Below, one piece after another: positions 27,501 through 36,156 of a stretch of DNA of 42,198 bases. The stretch is from a virus. Lineage: Duplodnaviria > Caudoviricetes. A program made the position numbers and the translations under genes. Location: the IMG/VR virus record IMGVR_UViG_3300049136_000037, positions 1 to 42,198 of that record; one strand, 5' to 3'. How positions within the stretch are numbered: position 1 is the first letter of the stretch; each line of letters begins with the position of its first letter. The notes beneath the pieces are model-generated. The model saw nothing but the letters and a program-made list of their open reading frames with translations. It searched no databases and was not told the origin of the DNA.

Positions 27501-29195
27501 CTAGATGACAGCGCTTAAGTCACTTTCCGACACGTCATAAATCCGCGCCAATAAGTCGACCGTCAACTTCTCCCCTGTTTCGCCAGCTTTGATCATGAGT
27601 TCTTGATCCGCCGGCGAGATCGCACCCCACTCGGGCATTCTGATTCGTTTGAGGTTCTGTGCTTGAAAGCGTAGATAACCTCCACCGATCTTGACCGAGT
27701 AAGCCTTCACAAAAAGAAGTGCTATGCCCGAGCGAAGAAGCGCCTGCAAAGCACGCAGGTTCCATTCCTTTGAAGTGATGTAGTAAAGGTTGTGGTGCGG
27801 GTACAGCTTGCCCTCGTCGTAGCCGATAGCGTCGCCGTTGCCCTTGATGTCCGGTATCAACAGCTTGGGCTCCCACGTCAGGCTCGGCGTGATCCGGTCA
27901 ATGGTCTTGTACCACTTCGAGGGATTGCTCTTGGCCGTGTGGCGCTTCATCAACTGCTCACGGTGTTCTTCTAGCAAGGCAGCGAGCTTCGGGTGTTTAG
28001 CGAGGTCCACCAGCCCAGCTTTCTCTGCGTCCTCCCAGGGATTTAGAACACCCTTGCCGGTCCAGTTCACTTCACCGTGATTCAGGTCTTTGTTCGTCGC
28101 TAGAGGCAGCAGCCGGCCTTCCTCGACGTCGGTTGTTGCATGATCCACGATGTAAGCCTTGTCAGCTCCAGTGGCAACGCCGATGCCTACTCGACAGCCG
28201 ACCTCTTGGATCGTTTTGAAGTGGCTCTCCATGTGGTGAAGAACTTTCAACTCATCTCCGATGCCAAGCAGCCAGGGAGCTTCGCCCTTTGTCGCACGAT
28301 CAATCACCCGAACCGAGGCGTTCTCTAGCTGCTTCTTCTTATCCGTCAGAGAGGCCTCAAGTTCCATGAGGTATGTCCTGCTCGCGTCCTCTGCCTTGGC
28401 AACGACCGTAGGGCCACGCTTGGCCCGCTCGATAACTGTGATTGAGGTGTAGGCGCCTACGTTGATATCGAAGGCATCGACGCCGTACATATCGACGTAG
28501 TACTGGAGGTGGTAATTGGCATCGACTAGAGCCCTCAGAGCCCGTCCATAGTCATTACGCGTCCAGGCATCGGAGCAGATAAAACTGAACTTACTTCCCT
28601 CATCAAGCAGTCCTAAAGACTTTTCGATGAACGGGACGTATAGATCAGCTCGACCAATCATGGTCTTGAAGGACTGCCGATATTGAGCGAGCATCACCGG
28701 ATCAACAAGTTCCTGGCGCACGTAGGGCGGGTTGCCGATGACGTAGTGGAAGCGCTCTTCGAACTCGGACCACAGGAAATCCGCCTGGACAATCCAAGTC
28801 TCGGCTAGCTCGTGCGCTTCACTCTGCACGAATCCCTGTTCAATGAGGCGATCCTCTAGCGATTGACGGAAGCCTTTGAAGGTAGCTTCATCCAGCTCGA
28901 CGGCTCGGATCGATGGCAGCAGCTCTCGGTAGTCAGTACCTCCGTGCTGACGCCAAGCGATAAGTACTCGATCTACAACAGAAGTAACGAACCGACCATC
29001 CCCAAATGAGGGCTCTAGTAGGCGCTGCTGATGGAGCGGCTTGTCAGTGGTGTAGCCGATCAGATCAAGCATGAAGTCGACGACCTGTTGACGCGTCGGG
29101 ACCGCGCCTCGACTCTTTTCCTCGTGGCCGTAGACCTGCTCTGCAAGGGAGCGTTCGGGCAGTCCTAACGCGGTATCAGGGAGCAAGGAAGTCAT
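27501..29195 (-). CDS. N6-adenine DNA methyltransferase, M.XhoI/M.PaeR7I type
   Basis: LLEPSFGDG (motif I), [10 protein letters not shown] (motif IV), [31 protein letters not shown]. Start 29195 or 29237. Confidence 0.92.
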   Translation of the reverse strand: MTSLLPDTALGLPERSLAEQVYGHEEKSRGAVPTRQQVVDFMLDLIGYTTDKPLHQQRLLEPSFGDGRFVTSVVDRVLIAWRQHGGTDYRELLPSIRAVELDEATFKGFRQSLEDRLIEQGFVQSEAHELAETWIVQADFLWSEFEERFHYVIGNPPYVRQELVDPVMLAQYRQSFKTMIGRADLYVPFIEKSLGLLDEGSKFSFICSDAWTRNDYGRALRALVDANYHLQYYVDMYGVDAFDINVGAYTSITVIERAKRGPTVVAKAEDASRTYLMELEASLTDKKKQLENASVRVIDRATKGEAPWLLGIGDELKVLHHMESHFKTIQEVGCRVGIGVATGADKAYIVDHATTDVEEGRLLPLATNKDLNHGEVNWTGKGVLNPWEDAEKAGLVDLAKHPKLAALLEEHREQLMKRHTAKSNPSKWYKTIDRITPSLTWEPKLLIPDIKGNGDAIGYDEGKLYPHHNLYYITSKEWNLRALQALLRSGIALLFVKAYSVKIGGGYLRFQAQNLKRIRMPEWGAISPADQELMIKAGETGEKLTVDLLARIYDVSESDLSAVI

Positions 29196-29264
29196 AGCGG
29201 GAGTCACGCTTTCCGTCGAGTCAGCAAGGATGCACAAGAGAGTGCTCGCCCACGAAGGAAGTTA

Positions 29265-29303
29265 GGGGCAGGTGCCTAGTTTAGTCGCTGCGGCACCTAC
29301 CCC
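29265..29303 (-). terminator. Hairpin downstream of the 29317-30267 gene
   Basis: GGGGCAGGTGCC...GGCACCTACCCC inverted repeat. Confidence 0.5.
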
Positions 29304-29316
29304 GAGGAAGGCGTAC

Positions 29317-30267
29317 TTACAGCCCAGCGATACCCTGCTGCATCATGGCGTTCAAGGCATCGACGCCACCCTGGACCGTACCGGTAGCCGCGAGCTCAAC
29401 GAGCTTCAGTAGGAGCGCCTTTACCTTGCCGCCGTCAGGAGCCGAAGAGTGGATCTCTTCCTCGACCTCGTTCACGACAAGCTGAGCTTGGGTAGTTACG
29501 TCCTCAGTGACACCAAGAACTAACGGGTTCACCATGGCGCGGACAGAACCAAGAATGCGCTCTACTACTTCAACCTGCCCCTGCGTCATTGAGTTGGACT
29601 GCGTGACATTAGAGCTTTGCAAGGCCACATTGACCGACTGTGAATCCGTGATGGTGACGTTATTCATGGTGAATCCTGCCGACGTGAGTGCCTGGTTGAC
29701 CGACTGTTCCGCTTCTACTATCCGCATGCCCTTGGGAGTAACGGACGGACGCAGCAACTCGCCGCCAGATGCTTTGTGGCCCTTGATGTATTCCTCTTCC
29801 AACAGCCACTGGGTTGCCCGGTAAAGCTCTTCCAGTGAGTACTTATCACCCAAGTACTGATTACTGGCTGATTCCAGGAAGTCGCTGATGCCTAAGACAT
29901 GACCACCACTTATGTCCTGCTCGTAGAGCCAGTTGAGCACATCGTCACGAAGGCGGCGGGTGCGGCGACTGGGGTTCGCTCGTAATTCTTTGAACTCTTC
30001 CGCCACGTCTACGCCATCTTGATTCAGAACAACGGTCTGGATGCCTGCGCTAGCTGCTTCAAACGACAGCCACCCGCGTTCCTGAAGCGCCTCCAGGTCA
30101 CCGGTCACGCTCTGTCTCGGTAGCCCGCGATGCTTGGCCTCGGCATAAAGCGCACTGACACCGACCTGACGATTGCCGTCAAGGTGTTCGTAGTCGGTGA
30201 GAGCGGAAATCAGTTGAAGGTGCCTTAGTCCTGTCTTGGACTGAGCAAGCGATTCAACTACGGACAA
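29317..30267 (-). CDS. Hypothetical protein with two winged-helix-like repeats and a helical C-terminus
   Basis: DLEALQERGWL...LNQDG and ATQWLLEEEYI...VTPKG wHTH-like patterns; TTG start with AGGGGG SD. Confidence 0.65.
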   Translation of the reverse strand: MSVVESLAQSKTGLRHLQLISALTDYEHLDGNRQVGVSALYAEAKHRGLPRQSVTGDLEALQERGWLSFEAASAGIQTVVLNQDGVDVAEEFKELRANPSRRTRRLRDDVLNWLYEQDISGGHVLGISDFLESASNQYLGDKYSLEELYRATQWLLEEEYIKGHKASGGELLRPSVTPKGMRIVEAEQSVNQALTSAGFTMNNVTITDSQSVNVALQSSNVTQSNSMTQGQVEVVERILGSVRAMVNPLVLGVTEDVTTQAQLVVNEVEEEIHSSAPDGGKVKALLLKLVELAATGTVQGGVDALNAMMQQGIAGL

Positions 30268-30393
30268 TGGGTCCCCCTAAAGAGTGCTAACTAGCTTGGC
30301 TCCCCCACTCTAGCCACCAGGTCCGACAATCTGCCGTCCTGCGCTGGGGCCGCCTGTGGATTGCAGAGGAATGCCTGTGGATAGGCACTACAT

Positions 30394-30413
30394 TCGAACG
30401 TATGTTCTATAGT
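30394..30413 (+). promoter_or_regulatory. Actinobacterial LexA (SOS) box overlapping a TATAGT -10 element
   Basis: TCGAAC-GTAT-GTTCTA versus consensus TCGAAC-N4-GTTCGA; TATAGT at 30408-30413; ATG at 30421 (leaderless). Confidence 0.8.
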
Positions 30414-30420
30414 TATCGCC

Positions 30421-30681
30421 ATGAACAAGCACGGCTCCCCCGAAGACCTGACCCGCATGATGGCGAGGATGGAAGCGGACCTTGCCCGTCCGGACCCTAC
30501 TGACGGGGCCATCATCGACTTCCCGCGAGGTGAGGCTCCACTAGTCCAAGCTGGTGACATCCGTGGCACTGCCGTTGCTTATACGCAGCACTATGGGCTG
30601 GTGGAGTGGAAGGACCAGACAGGCTTGCACTTCCAGTGGTTCCTAGGGACTCAGATCAAACGGGTGACCGAACCTCGCTAG
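30421..30681 (+). CDS. Small hypothetical protein, probably SOS-inducible
   Basis: Leaderless ATG 7 nt after the -10; beta-rich C-terminal half. Confidence 0.7.
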   Translation: MNKHGSPEDLTRMMARMEADLARPDPTDGAIIDFPRGEAPLVQAGDIRGTAVAYTQHYGLVEWKDQTGLHFQWFLGTQIKRVTEPR

Positions 30682-31281
30682 CGCACGTTCTCGGACCCAG
30701 GCATCACCGAAAATGCTTGAGCTTGAAGCGGTATTGCACCACTTATGAGCCGTCCTCAGGTTGTCTAGATCGTCATCCCCGCCGTCGATGACCCGAATGA
30801 TGTGATCCAACGTCGGATATTGATCCGCAGATGGGCTGGCATCAGGATCAGTGGGGAGCCCGCATATCTGACAGATGAAGTTGTCACGTTCAAGAACAGT
30901 CTGGCGATGTCTCCCGTGGAAGGTGGCGCGGCGCTGCCCAGTTTTGGGAATCGAATCGGTCACGTCCTTCCTCTTCTTGCACTCAGCACATCGGCAGTCA
31001 TCCTCTCGTCCCACTCGTTCAAGAAACGTTGCCCTGCATCGCACATGCTGTGCAGGGAAGTCACCTAGAGGTGTGCCAGGTTCATTGCGGTCCAAGCCAA
31101 TCGTGTATTCAAAGGGAACTTTCTCTTCGCAGTTCACGCACGACCCGAGCTTGGCGAATCTGAATGCCATATTGCAGGAGTAACAACAAAAGAGCCTGCT
31201 CTTTTGGTGCGACTCAAAAGTGATCCCACAACCCTTGCAAGCTACTTGTGCCCTGTACACAGTTCCCCCACTATTCAGCAT
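30643..31281 (-). CDS. HNH endonuclease with N-terminal Cys-rich zinc-binding motifs
   Basis: VLERDNFICQICG...TLDHII...GGDDDLDNLRTAHKWCN. Confidence 0.88.
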   Translation of the reverse strand: MLNSGGTVYRAQVACKGCGITFESHQKSRLFCCYSCNMAFRFAKLGSCVNCEEKVPFEYTIGLDRNEPGTPLGDFPAQHVRCRATFLERVGREDDCRCAECKKRKDVTDSIPKTGQRRATFHGRHRQTVLERDNFICQICGLPTDPDASPSADQYPTLDHIIRVIDGGDDDLDNLRTAHKWCNTASSSSIFGDAWVRERALARFGHPFDLSP

Positions 31282-31351
31282 CTCTTATGTCTGCATCAGA
31301 CCCTACCTGCCAATGGGTCGAAGGACAGCCAGGATCAAACGCATCAGAACA

Positions 31352-31384
31352 CAAAAAGGACGGCTCTCGCATGGCCGTCCTTTC
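31352..31384. terminator. Terminator downstream of the transglycosylase-like gene
   Basis: AAAAAGGACGGC...GCCGTCCTTT. Confidence 0.7.
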
Positions 31385-31387
31385 GCT

Positions 31388-32019
31388 TTACCACCACGTG
31401 GCTTTCTTGATAATCGTGCCGTAGTTGTTGGTGCAGCTTCCGATACATAACCAATACGCCTTAGCCTTAGTCCAGGTCCCATAGCGTCCAGTCATGTAGT
31501 TGGTGAACCACTCGTCCTGACAGGCGTAGTCGTCCAGGGAACAAGGCAGCTTGCTACACGGAAGTGCTTGGCCGATCCCGCACGCGCCTGACTCAGGATT
31601 GATCGCGTTGGTACGGTTGCCGCTTTCCCTAAAATAGATGAACTCCTTAGCCTCTGCTTCAACATCGCCTGTGGCTTGCGGAGAGGCCGGCTGCGGCTGT
31701 TCTGCCACGCTTACCGGCTCATCAGCCGTCTTTGGTTCTTCCGCTTCAACTGGAGGCTCCGGCGTCGTTGCTACCTTCTTTATTCGAACAGCGCTGGTAG
31801 CTACTACTGCTCTACGGTTTTTGACACGATCTTCATGTCTTGAACCACTGATGCACGAGCGTCACTGTGAATGTTGATGCTGACGAAGTATCCGCCGATC
31901 AGTCCCAGGCTTCCGAACACGAAGGCTGTGATGACAACTGTCTTCACTGTCTCCCAGTTGATGCCCTTTTTAGGTGCGTCTAGGCTCTGTGGTTTTACTG
32001 CTGCTTCTTTGCTTGTCAT
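31388..32019 (-). CDS. Membrane-anchor ORF (32019-31804) plus lysozyme-fold transglycosylase-like domain (to 31388), probably joined by a -1 frameshift
   Basis: Catalytic-type motif IYFRESG..TNAINP.SGACGIGQ...Q...FTNYMTGRYGTW..AKAYW; the Pro/Glu linker is encoded in the -1 frame from TCA AAA ACC (31824-31816). Confidence 0.75.
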
Positions 32020-32066
32020 GATGTTTCTACCCTTGCCCACTTGGGGCGTTATTTATGTTTGTTTGG

Positions 32067-32556
32067 CTGTAGAGCCAGAACTGGACGGAAGGAGGGGACA
32101 TCCCGGCCAGATCTCGGTCTACAGGTTCATGCAGTTACATGGCTGCTAGTAGTGATATTCCCGGTGTGACTAAAAGGTGTTAATATACCGGATTTTTGCT
32201 TTCTTCATAGCACCCGACCGAATCGGACCATGTTCAGCTGTCACACGTAAGTCACCACTAGCTGGTCTACATAAGCGGTGCAGTCGAACACCAAAAGCCT
32301 CCGTCAGTTTCAGCTAAGAGCCTACGCATCTAGGTTGCCTATGTAGCCATGAAGTGCGCAACAGTAATTGCTAACAAAAAACGAATCCTTTCAGATTGCT
32401 TAGTTGTTCTGATGCGCCCATGTAACTGTACGAATTGTGAAGGTTCATCTTCAACCGCTTCGACCAAGCACCTCAATGACGTTTGACTCTTACGTTTCGA
32501 GTCGTGGAGTGGATTTCACACTCTGCCGTACTTGTTGCTCAGTAGGAGCGGTTGAA
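32067..32556 (-). ncRNA. Putative structured non-coding RNA or long leader
   Basis: No convincing ORF; many nested inverted repeats (see findings); candidate promoter at 32591-32619. Confidence 0.5.
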
Positions 32557-32590
32557 TTGTTTGTGTGCTAGTTCTTATTGAACTGCCTGT

Positions 32591-32647
32591 ATTTAAGCAC
32601 GAATAGCAAAAATAAGCAATACTATTTTTTGCTTGGGCTGTGGATAA
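32591..32647 (-). promoter_or_regulatory. Promoter/operator copy 1 with perfect DnaA box
   Basis: Minus strand TTATCCACAGCCCAAGCAAAAAATAGTATTGCTTATT; TTGCTT-N17-TTAAAT. Confidence 0.7.
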
Positions 32648-32677
32648 GTCGCCCATAACAGAGGAGAGGAAATTCCT

Positions 32678-33628
32678 CTATTCTTCAATAGCTTTCTGTT
32701 CTTCTGTCTCCTGAGATAAGAGAAAAGCTAGGTTCTGCTCTACCAACTCAGGTTGAGAACCGATAGTAGGCGTGCGGTCATAAGCGTTGATCTCACGAGT
32801 AGACAGAGTGCGGTTGATAACAACAGGTGCACCGTCTGGCCCTGGGTACTTCACAAACAAAATCGCACCAATCTTCACTGCTACGCGTGGGACGTCTGCA
32901 TAGGCGGTCATAAGCTCTACTGAGCTGCTGACGTTGGTTGCATCGACGCTTGCCTGCTTCTCCTGTACATGCAGACGTGCGTAGTGTTCAGCCTCTTCTA
33001 CGATTTCCTTAGCTTTCGCTTTAGACTCCGCAATGATCTGCTGGCCCTTGTCTCCCCCCCAGTAAGCCTTGAAGCTGGCGAGGATTGAGCCACGTTCTAC
33101 CTCAGTGATAACCGGTGTCATGTAGCCCAACTCATGCGCGATCTGCTGCGTTGCTTTGACTACCCTCATGGTGGTGACCGCGTCGTCGGTATCCAGGAAT
33201 ACAGAGATGTGGATGCTTGCATGCTTGATGACCGACTCTTGCGCGGTGCTCGCCACTAATTCCGCTGCTTTAGCGACAGCATCAGCAAGACTACGAGCAG
33301 TGGAATCACCAGTAGTGCGGTCAGTAGAACGAGCTGCGGACGACTTTGCTGCAGACGACTTTGCTGCAGACGACTTTGCTGCAGACGACTTTGCTGCGGT
33401 GGACTTCGCTGCGGTCGACTTTCCTGCGAACCTACCGCTGACGCTACGTCGGAGCTTGGCAATCTCCTTGTCGATTTGAGCAACGCGCTCCAGGTCGTTC
33501 TGGCCCAGAGCTACTCTCCGCCGTTTATGCAGGTCTTCCATCTGCTTGCGCTTCTTGCTCCGCCCGATGAAGGATTTACCCGCTGCTTTACCCTTGCTGA
33601 GTGCGCTACCTAACCGCTTGTTCACCAT
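32678..33628 (-). CDS. Hypothetical protein with basic N-terminus and (AAKS[ST]) repeats
   Basis: 316-aa ORF; Lys/Arg-rich N-terminus; TAGCAT 6 nt before the ATG (leaderless). Confidence 0.75.
   Translation of the reverse strand: MVNKRLGSALSKGKAAGKSFIGRSKKRKQMEDLHKRRRVALGQNDLERVAQIDKEIAKLRRSVSGRFAGKSTAAKSTAAKSSAAKSSAAKSSAAKSSAARSTDRTTGDSTARSLADAVAKAAELVASTAQESVIKHASIHISVFLDTDDAVTTMRVVKATQQIAHELGYMTPVITEVERGSILASFKAYWGGDKGQQIIAESKAKAKEIVEEAEHYARLHVQEKQASVDATNVSSSVELMTAYADVPRVAVKIGAILFVKYPGPDGAPVVINRTLSTREINAYDRTPTIGSQPELVEQNLAFLLSQETEEQKAIEE
33333..33428. repeat. 15-bp coding tandem repeat, about 6 copies
   Basis: GACGACTTTGCTGCA three times exactly, plus degenerate copies. Confidence 0.9.
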
Positions 33629-33688
33629 TGGATGATGCTAACAGTGTGGCTGCGGAAGACACTCTTAGACCTGCTGTAAGATTTCCCG

Positions 33689-34045
33689 GTGGCTGAGCTG
33701 GAAAAACCAAAGATCAAACCCCGTCATTGGGTCGCCCTATGGTCGAAAGACGAGAAGTTCTGGAAAGACGTAGCAGCTAACACGGTGGCTGGCATCCTAC
33801 TCGCGCTCATTGTCTACTTGTTCGGTCTTGCAGCTGGATACTTCCAACGTCCCAACTGGACACAGGAAGCCTTGCCGGTCTTGGCTAGCATTGCTTTCGG
33901 AACGGCTGGCATAGTCGCCATTTACATTCTGGTTCTGCTGATACAAGGCGGACAGCCCAAAGAGTTTAGAAAGCACCTCTGGATGGCGCTATACGCAACA
34001 CTAATGGGTGTGGCGGCGATGTACTTTCTCGCCACAACTCTCTAG
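33689..34045 (+). CDS. Three-TM membrane protein (moron)
   Basis: Three hydrophobic helices; TAAGAT just upstream of the GTG. Confidence 0.7.
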   Translation: MAELEKPKIKPRHWVALWSKDEKFWKDVAANTVAGILLALIVYLFGLAAGYFQRPNWTQEALPVLASIAFGTAGIVAIYILVLLIQGGQPKEFRKHLWMALYATLMGVAAMYFLATTL

Positions 34046-34525
34046 TGGACCAGGGCAATAGACCCTGACTCCCCTACTACTCGTAGGAGCGGACCAAAGC
34101 AAACCAATTACAAGCTATTCTTACGCCTCCGCCAATGCTCACGTATCTTCATACGGCTTGCCAGTTGGGATCTGTTCCAACGAAGGTTTCTCAATAGTTC
34201 AAGTGCTCTGTAAGTCGGGCCTGTCGATATTTAGTCACGGTAGGCCATACCTGAGAACACTCGCACCGATAGTTTTTCCAAAGGTCGCGAAACCGCCACC
34301 TTTGATCAGGCTACAAACTGATGTCTTATAAAAGCATTTACACAATCGACCTCATGGTTCATAATCAAAGGCAGCGAGAAGCGTACACCCACTAGAAATA
34401 GTGGGCTTTCTTTTATCTGAATCCCTAGCCTAAGTGTGTGGCTCCGTACACATCGCGAGAAGCGTACGGGCTGCCGTCCATTATGAAGCATCGAGCCTTT
34501 GAGTCAATCGTGACTATTTTACAAC

Positions 34526-34566
34526 TGTGGATAAGCTGCGGATAACTATAGGCAAACTGGGGATAA
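34526..34566. promoter_or_regulatory. Cluster of three co-oriented DnaA-box-like 9-mers
   Basis: TGTGGATAA 34526, TGCGGATAA 34537, TGGGGATAA 34558. Confidence 0.6.
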
Positions 34567-34583
34567 TCCTTCATACTACGGGC

Positions 34584-34730
34584 ATGAACGAAACTAAATC
34601 AGAACCGCTTTCTCTATTCCGCACTATCAAAGTTCCTGTCCTCATCATGCCCCGCCCTAAGACAGCTATCTTGGCGGACATCAGAGAGAACGCTAAACGC
34701 AAAATCTATCTACCACGTAATAACGGTTAG
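34584..34730 (+). CDS. Small basic hypothetical protein
   Basis: ATG 6 nt after CATACT (leaderless arrangement). Confidence 0.45.
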   Translation: MNETKSEPLSLFRTIKVPVLIMPRPKTAILADIRENAKRKIYLPRNNG

Positions 34731-34842
34731 TGTTACACTCAAGGCAGATTATATAGTCGCCTCGCAGCCTTGTAATCTTGCACATTCCGTCGGGACCTCC
34801 TCCCACCAAATTCACAACAACACAACCAAAACACTCCCACCG

Positions 34843-34869
34843 AAAAAGCCGCCTATCTAGGGCGGCTTT
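34843..34869. terminator. Bidirectional intrinsic terminator
   Basis: AAAAAGCCGCC-TATCTAG-GGCGGCTTT. Confidence 0.7.
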
Positions 34870-34954
34870 ACTTATAGGCTTTCGCACTCGCAGCATATGC
34901 ACCAGTACGATCCACTGTCGTCTAGTGCTGCAAGTATGTGCTGATGATCGGCAA

Positions 34955-35155
34955 TCATGAGGTGAGGCTTATCCACATTCCTAACGTGCTCGCCAGGGCG
35001 ATGAAGTGCCAAGAGTTGAGTACATGTTCATCTTTGCGGCTATATCGTCTTACAGGACGCCTCACGGCTTTACGCGGTTTATAGCGGAGTGGAGAAAGAT
35101 CGAGTATCTCTCCCCCATTGGTGTTTGTTGGTCCAAGTGATGTCTTGACGATCAT
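34955..35155 (-). CDS. Hypothetical protein with C-terminal TM
   Basis: ATGA-coupled within a small-gene operon. Confidence 0.6.
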   Translation of the reverse strand: MIVKTSLGPTNTNGGEILDLSPLRYKPRKAVRRPVRRYSRKDEHVLNSWHFIALASTLGMWISLTS

Positions 35156-35607
35156 GCGGCTTTCTCCAGATAGTCAGGACACCGCCGTAACTCCTCCTGG
35201 AACTCTTCATCGCGAACTGGGTCATGCTTCTGCGTTTCATAGTGGTTGACCATGCCGTCCGCGATGATCGCTTCCAGAGCACTGTCGTCCAAGTCATCGA
35301 TGAAGTTCGGTAAGTCATAGGCATAGCAAGCGCAAACGTTCTGGAGCGCTTTCGCTTGTAGTTGATCACTAGTGAGTACCGGCTTCACCATCTTCTTATC
35401 CCCGTACCTGTCATGCTCAATGAAGAAACAGGGTATGCACTGAACCGGAGAATTGCGCGTGATGGCCTCGTTGCTGCCGTCAACGTACTTGCGGTAGTGC
35501 ATGCCGCATAAGACCTTTGAGCAGTTGGAGCAGGTGTGAAGCTGCTTTCGCCAGTCCTTCGGCTTCTTGAATACCTGGATGCCGCAGTCGGCGCATGAGG
35601 ACGCCAC
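35152..35607 (-). CDS. Cys-rich zinc-binding hypothetical protein
   Basis: CADC...CSNC..VLCGMH...CIPC pattern; coupled to neighbours. Confidence 0.65.
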   Translation of the reverse strand: MASSCADCGIQVFKKPKDWRKQLHTCSNCSKVLCGMHYRKYVDGSNEAITRNSPVQCIPCFFIEHDRYGDKKMVKPVLTSDQLQAKALQNVCACYAYDLPNFIDDLDDSALEAIIADGMVNHYETQKHDPVRDEEFQEELRRCPDYLEKAA

Positions 35608-35840
35608 TAGACAATCCTCACGCGGTACGTTTCAACGTAGCTGTAGATACTGGCACCTTCGCCACAACCTGGGTTATAGCGTCCGCCCTGGTTCTTGATC
35701 TTCTGAAGCTCTTCTATGGATGGCTTGAACCATTCACTTACGTCTGCGCTCATTCCGTCGATCATGCTGTCGAATGATGCGCGGCGCTGTAGCTCAATCT
35801 GTCCACGGCGAGCTTTTGCATATAGCTGATTGAAGGTCAT
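35607..35840 (-). CDS. Hypothetical phage protein
   Basis: ATGA-coupled, GGGGAG SD. Confidence 0.6.
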   Translation of the reverse strand: MTFNQLYAKARRGQIELQRRASFDSMIDGMSADVSEWFKPSIEELQKIKNQGGRYNPGCGEGASIYSYVETYRVRIV

Positions 35841-36043
35841 GATACATAGCTCCCCGTATTAGTCTTATATACGCTATAGCGCCGACTCCCCCAAACTTTA
35901 CGCACCCAGACCTTGCTAACAATGCCACGGTCCTTTAGTTGTTCAAGGACTCTGGGGTTATCTACTACGGATTCAATGGGACGAATTCTTGAAATGATCC
36001 ACACTCTGCCGGCGAGCTCTACGGTTGGTCTAGCTATATTCAT
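35837..36043 (-). CDS. Hypothetical phage protein
   Basis: First gene after promoter copy 2. Confidence 0.6.
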   Translation of the reverse strand: MNIARPTVELAGRVWIISRIRPIESVVDNPRVLEQLKDRGIVSKVWVRKVWGSRRYSVYKTNTGSYVS

Positions 36044-36090
36044 GATGTTACTTACCCCGGCCTATTGGCCTTTATCTTTATTACCTCTTT

Positions 36091-36127
36091 ATTATGCGCT
36101 TACCCCTATAAATACGCAATACTATTT
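36091..36127 (-). promoter_or_regulatory. Promoter/operator copy 2
   Basis: Minus strand AAATAGTATTGCGTATT; TTGCGT-N17-CATAAT. Confidence 0.75.
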
Positions 36128-36156
36128 AGGCATAATAAGATGTGGTTAAAACAACA

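Noticed and set aside
32450-32556. Possible tRNA gene
   Set aside because: No canonical D-arm, anticodon arm or TTCRA motif; kept only as an unknown structured element.
33333-33428. Regular repeats as a possible CRISPR array
   Set aside because: Contiguous 15-bp coding repeats with no spacers and no cas genes.
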